Source: an uncultured Muribaculaceae bacterium
Lineage (GTDB): Bacteria > Bacillota_I > Bacilli_A > RF39 > UBA660
DNA: 64,000 nt
Direction: 5' to 3'
NCBI GenBank assembly: GCA_964587565.1
Contig: CAZPLK010000001.1
Coordinates: 701 to 64,700, forward strand
Position numbers and translations under genes: made by a program. This document shows positions 9,976-17,819 of this stretch, in pieces. How positions within the stretch are numbered: position 1 is the first letter of the stretch; every line of letters begins with the position of its first letter. The notes under the pieces are model-generated. The model was not told the origin of the DNA and made no database searches. It saw only the letters and a program-made list of their open reading frames with translations.

Positions 9976-12327
9976 ATGAATAATAATAAAAACGTTGTTG
10001 TTGAAAAAGCAATTAATTTTTTATTGAATATATTGATTTTCATGTTTAGCATATTTTTATTGATATCTGTTTATATTGGATTTCAAACAAGAATTATCGG
10101 TAACGACTATGCTAATTTTTTTGGATATTCTTTGTTTGAAGTGCAAAGCGGAAGTATGGAAGATGAAATCAAAATTGGTGATTGGATTGTTGTAAAGCTA
10201 ACTAAAAACGTTGATTTTAATGATATTATAACATTTGAATTAGACGGAGAATTTGTAACACATCGCATTGTAGAGGTATATAAAGGTACTTTTGTTACAC
10301 AAGGGGATGCAAATAATAAAAAAGATGATCCAATAGATCAAAGTCAAGTAGTTGGTAAAGTAGTAAAAGTTTTAGGAGGGTTTGGCATTATAAGAAAGAC
10401 ATTATTTAATCCAATAGTATTATTATCACTTATAATTACGTTATTGTTGTTTAACTTTGCTTTTAAAAGTAATAAAATTAGTATAAACAATGAGTTAATA
10501 AATAATTTGTTAGAAAGTTTAGGTAATTTCATTGAAAACATTACTAATAAATTTAATAAATTGCTCAATAAAGACGAAATAAATGAAAGTTTCTTTGAAA
10601 AACAAAATTTAAATAGTGGTTTTATGAGTATAGAAAAGCAAGATGATTTTTTTGAAACAAAAGAATATGAAAAATTAGAAGAAGAATTAAGTAAAACCGC
10701 ATTGTATAGAGTAGTGACGGTTGATAAAGATAACGTTAAAGAAGATTTTAAAGTTTTAACGCCACAAAAAAAGACAGTAGAACAAATAGAAGAAGACTTG
10801 AGCAAAACATCATTGTACAGAATTATATCAGCTAATACAGAAGATGTCCCAAACAAATATAAAAACACTGACGTCAAAGTAAGTAGTAAAACTCAAACTC
10901 AAAAATATGCAGAAATTGAGGATGAATTAGGGAAAACTTCAATTTTCAGGGTAATATCAGTTGATAACGAAGAAGGCGAAAATGAAAAGCAAGAAAAGAT
11001 AAGCGAAACTTCACTGCATCGCTTTGTATCGGTAAATAATAATGAAACTGATAAAACTATTTCTGAAATCGCAAAACATGAAATAAAAGAGGAGCAGAAG
11101 CCTGAGAATGTAAAAATTAATCAAGAAGATAAAGAAATTACAAAAGTGGAAAAAGAAGATGATGAACACACTAAAGAAGAAGGGTTAACGGATATTAATT
11201 TAGAACTATTAAAAAGTAAAAATAGCAGACGTGGTAAAAATATTATTGATAAAACAATGATTATTAAAAAAGAAGAGTTAGATGAATTAATTGATATTTT
11301 AGTAAAAGACGATCCTACATATGTATACCGCGCAAGGGTTAAAGACAGATTCATCATATCTTACACTGATGCAAAATATTATAATTATTATGGTGCTGTT
11401 GAAATCGAAACACGTGGCAGGAACTTAACATCTAGAATAAAAGTTATTATTAAAATCTTAACTGAAGATATAATAAAAGAATACAAAGGCAAAGATAAAA
11501 ATTACCATGAAATTATTGAAAAATACTTAAAATTATTTACACTAATTGCCGATTTAGAGCAAGCAAGGGATTCAGCAACTACTGTAACAGCAAAAAAGAA
11601 ATTATATAGCAAATACCTTAATGATTATTTTGGCAATGTTAAACAAAGTGAAATAAATAATTTGATTGATGAAATTATGGATGTTCAACAAAGATACTTG
11701 GATACTATTAATTACTTTTTAGATCAACTAAAAACGAATGCTTTCGTACTGACTCAAAATAAAATAGTAGGTGCTAGGAACATGTTTGGACTATCACTTG
11801 AACATAATATTACGTTTAGTAAAGTTTATAGCGATTACATTATTGATAAAACATATACCGAGGGAATTGTGGCGGAAGATAAAGTATCAGTATTACTATC
11901 ACTGTTATCAGTACAATTAGTTGATGATATGTTAAATGCCAACTTTGACAACAAATATGTTGTTCATATACCAGTAAGTTTATACGGGAAAAAGCGCAAA
12001 TTGGCAAGTACTTTAAGACTTATAGATAATGAATATGCTAAAAGTAATATTATAATTTTAATTGAATATAAAGACTTATTAAAAAACAGACAAGTTGTTA
12101 AAGAATACAAAAAATCAGGATATAGATTTGGCTTAACATTTCATAAAAATGATAATTTATTAAAAAAGGATCACTCGTTATTATATATAGTAAATTGTTT
12201 CTTTATAAACAGAAGAACAAATGATATGAAAAAGATAATTTTATCAATACCAGAAGAATTATCGGATAAAATTATATCAGATGATGTTATTACTAAAGTG
12301 GGTGATTTTGGGGGTGAATCAACATGA
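9976..12327 (+). CDS. Type I signal peptidase SipW (archaeal-type S26) fused to a 4x tandem-repeat linker and a large cytoplasmic C-terminal domain resembling a degenerate EAL domain
   Basis: N-terminal TM. 'SGSMEDEIKIGDWIVVKL', 'VTHRIVEV' and 'TQGDANNKKDDPID' match the B. subtilis SipW Ser/His/GDAN boxes. A second TM ('PIVLLSLIITLLLFNFAF'). Four repeats of 'EE[ED]L[SG]KT[AS][LI][YF]R[VI][VI][ST]V[DN]'. C-terminal domain has 'YGAVEIETRG', 'ILIEYKDLL', 'GYRFGLTFHKND' and 'LLYIVNCFFINRR', which resemble the EAL blocks GvEALlRW / lEiTE / DDFGTG / lKIDrsF. Confidence 0.6.
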   Translation: MNNNKNVVVEKAINFLLNILIFMFSIFLLISVYIGFQTRIIGNDYANFFGYSLFEVQSGSMEDEIKIGDWIVVKLTKNVDFNDIITFELDGEFVTHRIVEVYKGTFVTQGDANNKKDDPIDQSQVVGKVVKVLGGFGIIRKTLFNPIVLLSLIITLLLFNFAFKSNKISINNELINNLLESLGNFIENITNKFNKLLNKDEINESFFEKQNLNSGFMSIEKQDDFFETKEYEKLEEELSKTALYRVVTVDKDNVKEDFKVLTPQKKTVEQIEEDLSKTSLYRIISANTEDVPNKYKNTDVKVSSKTQTQKYAEIEDELGKTSIFRVISVDNEEGENEKQEKISETSLHRFVSVNNNETDKTISEIAKHEIKEEQKPENVKINQEDKEITKVEKEDDEHTKEEGLTDINLELLKSKNSRRGKNIIDKTMIIKKEELDELIDILVKDDPTYVYRARVKDRFIISYTDAKYYNYYGAVEIETRGRNLTSRIKVIIKILTEDIIKEYKGKDKNYHEIIEKYLKLFTLIADLEQARDSATTVTAKKKLYSKYLNDYFGNVKQSEINNLIDEIMDVQQRYLDTINYFLDQLKTNAFVLTQNKIVGARNMFGLSLEHNITFSKVYSDYIIDKTYTEGIVAEDKVSVLLSLLSVQLVDDMLNANFDNKYVVHIPVSLYGKKRKLASTLRLIDNEYAKSNIIILIEYKDLLKNRQVVKEYKKSGYRFGLTFHKNDNLLKKDHSLLYIVNCFFINRRTNDMKKIILSIPEELSDKIISDDVITKVGDFGGEST

Positions 12328-13850
12328 ATACATTTTTTAGATTTTTCTATGAATTTATTTCAGTTTTTATTTCGGGTATTACATTAGTAATAAAAGGATT
12401 GATTGCAGGGGTTATTCAAATTATAAACGTTAGAGAGTATCAAAAAATTATTAATAGTTATAAAGAAAACTTTAAAACCTCTCAATGGATTTTAGTTGGA
12501 TTTTCGATCGCACTTTTAGTAATCATTATAGCTCTTGTAATATTTTTAATAATTATAGGAATTAGAAGGTTTTTAAGATTTAGAAGAACAAGATTAAATC
12601 AAGAAGATTTATTAGATGAAATTGCAGATTTAAACGATCAAGTTAGGAAGTTAATGAAGGAAAAAGATGAAATAATGGCAATGAAAGTATCAAAACTGGG
12701 TCTTAAACCTGGTGAAGAAGGTTATGAAGATAGCTTAGAAGAGTTAGAAGATGGTGAAATCGATATGTCCAATATTAGATTTCCAAAATTACATAAAATT
12801 GATCAAGATTATAAAAACTTTAAAGCAAGAAATTATAATAATAACTTTACATTAGAAGAATTAGTTGATAATTTTCAAGCTTATGCAGCTAGTCAATTAA
12901 AGCTTTATTACGAAAAATCTTTATTAAGAGCATTTATAGGTGGTTTATCAACTGGACGTTTAATTATATTACAAGGTATATCCGGAACTGGTAAAACATC
13001 CTTAGCTTATGCTTGGGGGAAGTTCGTTAACAAGGATTCTTGTGTGGCATTTGTTGAACCGTCATGGCGAGATAAAACTGAATTTCTAGGTTATTTTAAT
13101 GAATTTACAAAAAAATTTAACGAAACAGATGTATTAGCAGAACTTTATGTCGCATCGCTGGATGATGATGTTCATACGATTATTCTTGATGAAATGAATA
13201 TAGCACGAGTAGAATATTATTTTGCAGAAATGCTTTCTATTTTAGAAATGCCATCACGTGATGAGTGGATTATTGAATTGGTTACAAGTTCTTGGAAAGA
13301 AGATCCGGAAAGGATTGTGGGTGGTAAATTAAAACTACCTGGTAATTTATGGTATATCGGTACCATTAATAATGACGATTCAACGTTTATGGTTACTGAT
13401 AAAGTTTATGACCGTGCGATGCCAATAGATATTAATAATCGTATTGATCCATTTGAAACAAGAGAACAAGAAGCGATGAGTATCAATGCTAGTTATTTAG
13501 AAAATTTATTTGAAGAAGCTACAAAAACTCATCCAGTGTCGGCGGAAAATTTACAAAAAATTAAAGACATGGATGATTATGTAATAAAACATTTTAGAGT
13601 TGCTTTTGGTAACAGAATTATGATGCAACTACAAACATTTGTACCTGTTTATGTTGCTGGAGGTGGTTCCGAAGTAGAAGCGATAGATTACTTTATTGCA
13701 CGAAAAATATTCCGTAAATTCGATCAATTAAATTTTGCACTTATCCGTAATGAAATCGATCCGTTTATTGAATATTTAAACAAAGAATTTGGAGACGGTG
13801 TTATGAAAGAATCAATTGATTATTTTGAATTATTAAAAAAATCAATGTAA
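12324..13850 (+). CDS. Membrane-anchored McrB-like AAA+ GTPase (AAA_5 family) with an N-terminal TM hairpin and a coiled coil
   Basis: 'LIILQGISGTGKTSLAYAWGKFV' matches McrB 'IILQGPPGVGKTFVARRLAYLL'; 'FVEPSWRDKTEFLGYF' matches 'QFHQSYSYEDFIQGY'; 'IILDEMNIARVEYYFAEMLSILE' matches 'FIIDEINRANLSKVFGEVMMLME'; 'NLWYIGTINNDDSTFMVTDKVYDRAMPIDI' matches '[31 protein letters not shown]'. N-terminus 'WILVGFSIALLVIIIALVIFLIIIGIRRFLRFRR' is a TM segment. 4-nt overlap with the upstream gene. Confidence 0.7.
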   Translation: MNTFFRFFYEFISVFISGITLVIKGLIAGVIQIINVREYQKIINSYKENFKTSQWILVGFSIALLVIIIALVIFLIIIGIRRFLRFRRTRLNQEDLLDEIADLNDQVRKLMKEKDEIMAMKVSKLGLKPGEEGYEDSLEELEDGEIDMSNIRFPKLHKIDQDYKNFKARNYNNNFTLEELVDNFQAYAASQLKLYYEKSLLRAFIGGLSTGRLIILQGISGTGKTSLAYAWGKFVNKDSCVAFVEPSWRDKTEFLGYFNEFTKKFNETDVLAELYVASLDDDVHTIILDEMNIARVEYYFAEMLSILEMPSRDEWIIELVTSSWKEDPERIVGGKLKLPGNLWYIGTINNDDSTFMVTDKVYDRAMPIDINNRIDPFETREQEAMSINASYLENLFEEATKTHPVSAENLQKIKDMDDYVIKHFRVAFGNRIMMQLQTFVPVYVAGGGSEVEAIDYFIARKIFRKFDQLNFALIRNEIDPFIEYLNKEFGDGVMKESIDYFELLKKSM

Positions 13851-13863
13851 AGGGTGATTAAAA

Positions 13864-14997
13864 ATGTCTAAGGCCATAAAGGTAAGTATAGATGAAAAAT
13901 TAAGGAAAAAAAGTAATACATTTAGCAACAGAATAAAATCAGATATGTACTTTAAGGGTGAGGTTTCTGGCGAATCAATTTCATTTGAATGGTTGGATAT
14001 AATTGAAGAAGCTTGCCCTTACTTAGATAATGTTATTAGAAATCCTAGAGTTGCACTTATTACTGAAGAAGAAATTGTTAAAATAGAAAAAGCTAAAAAG
14101 GTCTCTGTTGCTAGTGTTAAAAATTTAGCTAAAAACACACAATACATTGATAAAATTGATAAAGTAACAGAAGATGTGCAACCGTCACGACTTTTAATTG
14201 AAAGACGTGAAGAAACATATAATACATACGAAAACAGATTTCTTTTTACAGTTGTAAAATTATTAATAAGATTTGTCGCTGACAAAGAAGAATCATTAAA
14301 AGAATTGATTATGAAAAAAGATAAAGTTATGGAATATGCTGCTGTTACTAACACAGACACAGAAAGAGTTAATATTAAATTAAATATTTCTACAAGTGAA
14401 ATACCAAAAGAAGTTATGGCTGATGCCTATGAAAATGAAATTAATAATGTTAAAAATCGTTTAAAAGAAATTAATGCATATTTTTCTATGTGGCAAAGAA
14501 GTGATTTTATGACTTCATTAGAAAAAGCTAGAGTAACTCCGGTATCGCCTCCAATAAGAAAGACAAACTTAATCTTAAAAAATCCTAATTTTCAAATGGC
14601 TACAAAATTATGGGAGTTTTTGAGAAATTACGAAGATGAAGAAAAAGATGAAACAAAAGTTGATTTGGAAACAACTGGAAATAAAATGTTAAAAGGAATA
14701 TTGGATGATATGTTTTTAACAAATTATTTTGTTTTAGATTCAATAAAAGCTGATAAAAGTGCTGAAAAGGAAAAATTAACTAAATATGCTGTCTTAATGT
14801 TAACACAACAAGTTAGACGTGCAATTCAACTATTAATAGATAGTGGGGTTGAAATTTCAGATGAAGAGATAATTAGTATGATTTCAGCTGAAATTAAAGC
14901 AGACGAAGGGAAAACAACAGCAGATAGTTCTGATGTTAAGAGAAAATTTAAAAAAGCTGTTGATGATTATATAGAGAAAATGCAAGATTATTTGTAG
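13864..14997 (+). CDS. Hypothetical cytoplasmic partner of the McrB-like GTPase (possible McrC-N-terminal/DUF2357-like activator; no nuclease motif)
   Basis: Starts 13 nt after the GTPase gene with RBS 'aagggtga'. Contains 'ETYNTYENRFLFTVVKLLIRFV', which resembles the 'NxxENRF' block seen in McrC-like partners. No PD-(D/E)xK motif found. Confidence 0.3.
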   Translation: MSKAIKVSIDEKLRKKSNTFSNRIKSDMYFKGEVSGESISFEWLDIIEEACPYLDNVIRNPRVALITEEEIVKIEKAKKVSVASVKNLAKNTQYIDKIDKVTEDVQPSRLLIERREETYNTYENRFLFTVVKLLIRFVADKEESLKELIMKKDKVMEYAAVTNTDTERVNIKLNISTSEIPKEVMADAYENEINNVKNRLKEINAYFSMWQRSDFMTSLEKARVTPVSPPIRKTNLILKNPNFQMATKLWEFLRNYEDEEKDETKVDLETTGNKMLKGILDDMFLTNYFVLDSIKADKSAEKEKLTKYAVLMLTQQVRRAIQLLIDSGVEISDEEIISMISAEIKADEGKTTADSSDVKRKFKKAVDDYIEKMQDYL

Positions 14998-15005
14998 GTG
15001 GTAAA

Positions 15006-15569
15006 ATGAATATAATAAATGAAAATAAAATTTTAAAAATAATAATAAAAATTATTAAAACAGCTATTTTGATTTTTTTATTAGGATTTATACTAGTTGT
15101 TTGCTTACAGCGCTTTAGCAATAATAAGATTTCTTTTTTTAAATATCGAATGTTTATAGTAGTATCAGGCAGTATGTATCCGGTTTATGACATAGGAGAT
15201 GTATTAATAGCTAAAGAAGTCAAACCTTCAACGATTAAAGTTGGTGATGCAATTAGTTATGAAGGTAAAGTAGGAGATTTAAAAGGCAAAGTAATAACAC
15301 ACGAGGTTATAAAAATAGATTATGATAAAGATTCCAATAAATATAAATTTCATGCAAAAGGTCGTGCAAACGTTATTGAAGATCCAATTGTTTCAGAAGA
15401 ACAATTATATGGAATAGTAATCCATAAAACTTTGTTACTGTCAATGATTTATAAAATAATAGGTACTCAACTGGGATTTTTCTTAGCTATTATAATACCC
15501 TTATTATATATATTTACCTCTGAGATTATTGGGTTTTTACTAGAACGTGAGGCTAAAAGAAGAGGTTAA
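15006..15569 (+). CDS. sipW: Type I signal peptidase SipW (archaeal/eukaryotic-type S26)
   Basis: N-terminal TM, 'FIVVSGSMYPVYDIGDVLIAKEV', 'VITHEVIKI', 'AKGRANVIEDPI', C-terminal TM; matches the B. subtilis SipW boxes. Confidence 0.7.
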   Translation: MNIINENKILKIIIKIIKTAILIFLLGFILVVCLQRFSNNKISFFKYRMFIVVSGSMYPVYDIGDVLIAKEVKPSTIKVGDAISYEGKVGDLKGKVITHEVIKIDYDKDSNKYKFHAKGRANVIEDPIVSEEQLYGIVIHKTLLLSMIYKIIGTQLGFFLAIIIPLLYIFTSEIIGFLLEREAKRRG

Positions 15570-15595
15570 AAAACGTTAGAAAAGGGGAGATGTGA

Positions 15596-16834
15596 ATGAA
15601 AAACAAGTATAAAGTTTACTGGCGTATAAATTTATTGTCGTTATTTTTTATCATCTTATCATTCATATCGGTTACATTGGCTTGGTTTGCCTATAGTGGA
15701 CTTTCTAATGTATCAACTGAAATTGGAGTAAAAGCTTGGTATATTACACTGGAAAAAGACGGTGAAATGATCTCGAATGATATTGTTATATCATCATCGG
15801 AAATATACCCAGGTATGGAAACATTGACAGAGACAGTTAAAATTCAAAATTTAGGAGATTCAGATGCAAATATAAGGTATTCAATTTTATCAGCAAGAAT
15901 ATTAGATCAACCTGAAAATAATTTTGTTGTAAATGACAAAACTGTTACAAGTGATTATGTTGAGGATCAATTATCGCATAGTTATCCTTTCAAAGTTAAT
16001 ATAAATTTATCAAAAGGATATGTTCTTGCAAAAGGTGATGAAAGTTTTTTTGAAGTTTCAATATCATGGCCACTTGATTCTGGTGATGATGGGTTAGATA
16101 GTTATTGGGGAAGTGAAGCTTTTAAGTTTCAACAAAGTGAAACAAATAGGAAAAGTGCTAATCCAGAATATCAAAAAAAACAACCTATACAAATAGTAAT
16201 TAGTGTAATCGCTGAACAAGATGTTGGTGATGAAAATTCAAATGATCCCAACTTTAATTTGGGAGATCAAATATTATTTGATGTAATTAATAATAAATCA
16301 TGTAAAGAATTAAGTGAGACTTGTATATCAACGTATGTAATTGATAGTAATAATAAAATAGCAAATAACAAAGTAACGCTTTTACCAACCCCTAGAAAGA
16401 CTTATTTAAGTGGTATTTATAGTAATTACAATTCTTTATTAAAGGGGGTAACAAGTGATTGGAATGTTGAAACACGGGCATTATATATTGAAGATATATT
16501 AAACGTAATATCAACAGATATTTTTAATTCAAAACTATTAAGTGATGAAATAACTGGAGTAGTAATCGGTGATTTAAAGTATCCGAATCGAATTCAAACA
16601 GAAATAGAAAAAGTAAAAAGTACAAATGGTTATTATAATTTTCGCAATGAGAAATTCCAATACATTTCCACAGCAAACTGTTATTGGATTAACAGTAGAT
16701 ATAATTCATCTAAATCATTTGCTATTAAGAGAGTTAATGAAGAAATTTCAAAAGTGTATGGTTTAGATAATAATTCTACATGTAATGTTGTCCCTGTAAT
16801 TACAGTGGATAAAAACAAAATAAAACAGGATTAA
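15596..16834 (+). CDS. TasA/camelysin-family secreted protein (412 aa) with SipW-cognate signal
   Basis: 'ISVTLAWFAYSGLSNVSTEIGVKAWYITL' aligns with CalY 'GGGTFAYFSDKEVSNNTFAAGTLDLTL'. 'VKIQNLGDSDANIRYSI' aligns with 'LLQNSGSLTIKDVKL'. Confidence 0.65.
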   Translation: MKNKYKVYWRINLLSLFFIILSFISVTLAWFAYSGLSNVSTEIGVKAWYITLEKDGEMISNDIVISSSEIYPGMETLTETVKIQNLGDSDANIRYSILSARILDQPENNFVVNDKTVTSDYVEDQLSHSYPFKVNINLSKGYVLAKGDESFFEVSISWPLDSGDDGLDSYWGSEAFKFQQSETNRKSANPEYQKKQPIQIVISVIAEQDVGDENSNDPNFNLGDQILFDVINNKSCKELSETCISTYVIDSNNKIANNKVTLLPTPRKTYLSGIYSNYNSLLKGVTSDWNVETRALYIEDILNVISTDIFNSKLLSDEITGVVIGDLKYPNRIQTEIEKVKSTNGYYNFRNEKFQYISTANCYWINSRYNSSKSFAIKRVNEEISKVYGLDNNSTCNVVPVITVDKNKIKQD

Positions 16835-16850
16835 CAAATCCTGTTTTACT
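16822..16850. terminator. Bidirectional rho-independent terminator between convergent genes
   Basis: 10-bp stem aaaacaggat / atcctgtttt, loop taacaa (contains the stop codon), T-rich on both sides. Confidence 0.6.
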
Positions 16851-16877
16851 TTGCAATATTGAATTATTTATGCCATT

Positions 16878-17504
16878 TTATTCAAATATTTGCTTAAATG
16901 ATACATCAGCTTTAATTTGTAATGTTATGTCTTCCGTAGCTGCCAAATGTCCGATCATTGAATCGTCTTCATCATTCATTAATTCCTCTTCACCCTCATA
17001 CCATTCAAAAAATATTCTTATAGTAAATGGTTTAAATTTAAAGTCCTCTTCTTCTTTGTTAAAGATTAATGCCTTTTTAATTTCTTTATCGTTTAAATTT
17101 ATTATTTCTATCGGATCATCTTCAATATAAGAGTCAGGTAAGATTGCATATTTAGTAATTATTAAATCAGGTATATTTTCATTTTGGACTTCTAAATTTA
17201 CTAAGTATTCAAACGATACTTCAACATTACTAGCATCTATCTTAATATCGAAATACCCTTTAGATGTTGGGGCGATTTTATTAGGCGCAATGTACTCGCT
17301 TTCTTCAATAATTGGTTCAAACATCAATGAAGATTCTGAGTTATTTGTAATATCTTCATTATTAACGAGTATTTGCCATTTAGCAAAAGTAGCCTCAATA
17401 TTCCCAGTTGCATCAGCAACATATCGTGAATATGTGGTACTCATAAGACAAAGACAAATGGATAAAGATAACATCCCAATTAAAAATTTTATTTTTCTAA
17501 ACAT
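16878..17504 (-). CDS. TasA/camelysin-like secreted protein (208 aa)
   Basis: Signal peptide then 'TTYSRYVADATGNIEATFAKWQIL', paralogous to 8327-9226. RBS 'aaaggagg' upstream on the minus strand. Confidence 0.5.
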   Translation of the reverse strand: MFRKIKFLIGMLSLSICLCLMSTTYSRYVADATGNIEATFAKWQILVNNEDITNNSESSLMFEPIIEESEYIAPNKIAPTSKGYFDIKIDASNVEVSFEYLVNLEVQNENIPDLIITKYAILPDSYIEDDPIEIINLNDKEIKKALIFNKEEEDFKFKPFTIRIFFEWYEGEEELMNDEDDSMIGHLAATEDITLQIKADVSFKQIFE

Positions 17505-17530
17505 ACTAACCTCCTTTGCTCTTAATTATA

Positions 17531-17559
17531 ATTATAAATCATCGAACAAAGATTGACAA
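17531..17559 (-). promoter_or_regulatory. Sigma-A-type promoter for the minus-strand TasA-like gene (TTGTCA - 17 nt - TATAAT)
   Basis: Reverse complement of plus 17554-17559 is TTGTCA; reverse complement of 17531-17536 is TATAAT; the spacer is 17 nt. Confidence 0.45.
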
Positions 17560-17767
17560 GAACATTTACATAAAAAACACAGACAAAGAGTAAACTTTAC
17601 ACTTCGTACGACACACTTTACGCAAAGGTGAGATGATTTGGAATTGTAATGAAGGAGAGTTGTAAACGAAAAGTCATATTACCCGGGAGCTTTACAGTTT
17701 AATTTGGTGGTAAAAAGATAAATGGGTACTTGAATTTAATTAGCACAGCGTTAAAACATGTTATCAA

Positions 17768-17797
17768 TTGACAAAAATGCCATTAATGTGCTATATT
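17768..17797 (+). promoter_or_regulatory. Strong sigma-A promoter (TTGACA - 18 nt - TGcTATATT) upstream of the small ORF and tyrS
   Basis: -35 TTGACA at 17768-17773; extended -10 TGcTATATT at 17789-17797. Confidence 0.5.
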
Positions 17798-17819
17798 ACT
17801 AGCACATACAAGGTGAAAG

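Noticed and set aside
10344-11357. Minus-strand ORFs 10344-10877 and 11121-11357 inside the SipW fusion gene
   Set aside because: Antisense to a gene with clear S26 peptidase motifs; S/L-rich low-complexity; spurious.
14019-14360. Minus-strand ORF 14019-14360
   Set aside because: Antisense within the coupled partner gene; no independent signals.
12324-14997. Classical McrBC restriction system
   Set aside because: The McrB-like GTPase is membrane-anchored and lacks the N-terminal DNA-binding domain. The adjacent protein has no PD-(D/E)xK motif. The pair is embedded in a peptidase/secreted-protein operon, so it was not called a restriction system.
16870-17556. Plus-strand ORFs 16870-17130 and 17290-17556
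   Set aside because: Antisense to the minus-strand TasA-like gene, which has an RBS, signal peptide and family motifs. These lack an RBS and are S/I-rich.
17690-17730. Possible T-box element 'aatttggtggtaaaaag' upstream of tyrS
   Set aside because: Only the 5' half of the T-box consensus matches. The invariant ACC of the UGGNACC bulge and the GC-rich terminator/antiterminator pair are absent, and a promoter lies downstream of it. Kept as an unresolved note in findings, not annotated as a riboswitch.
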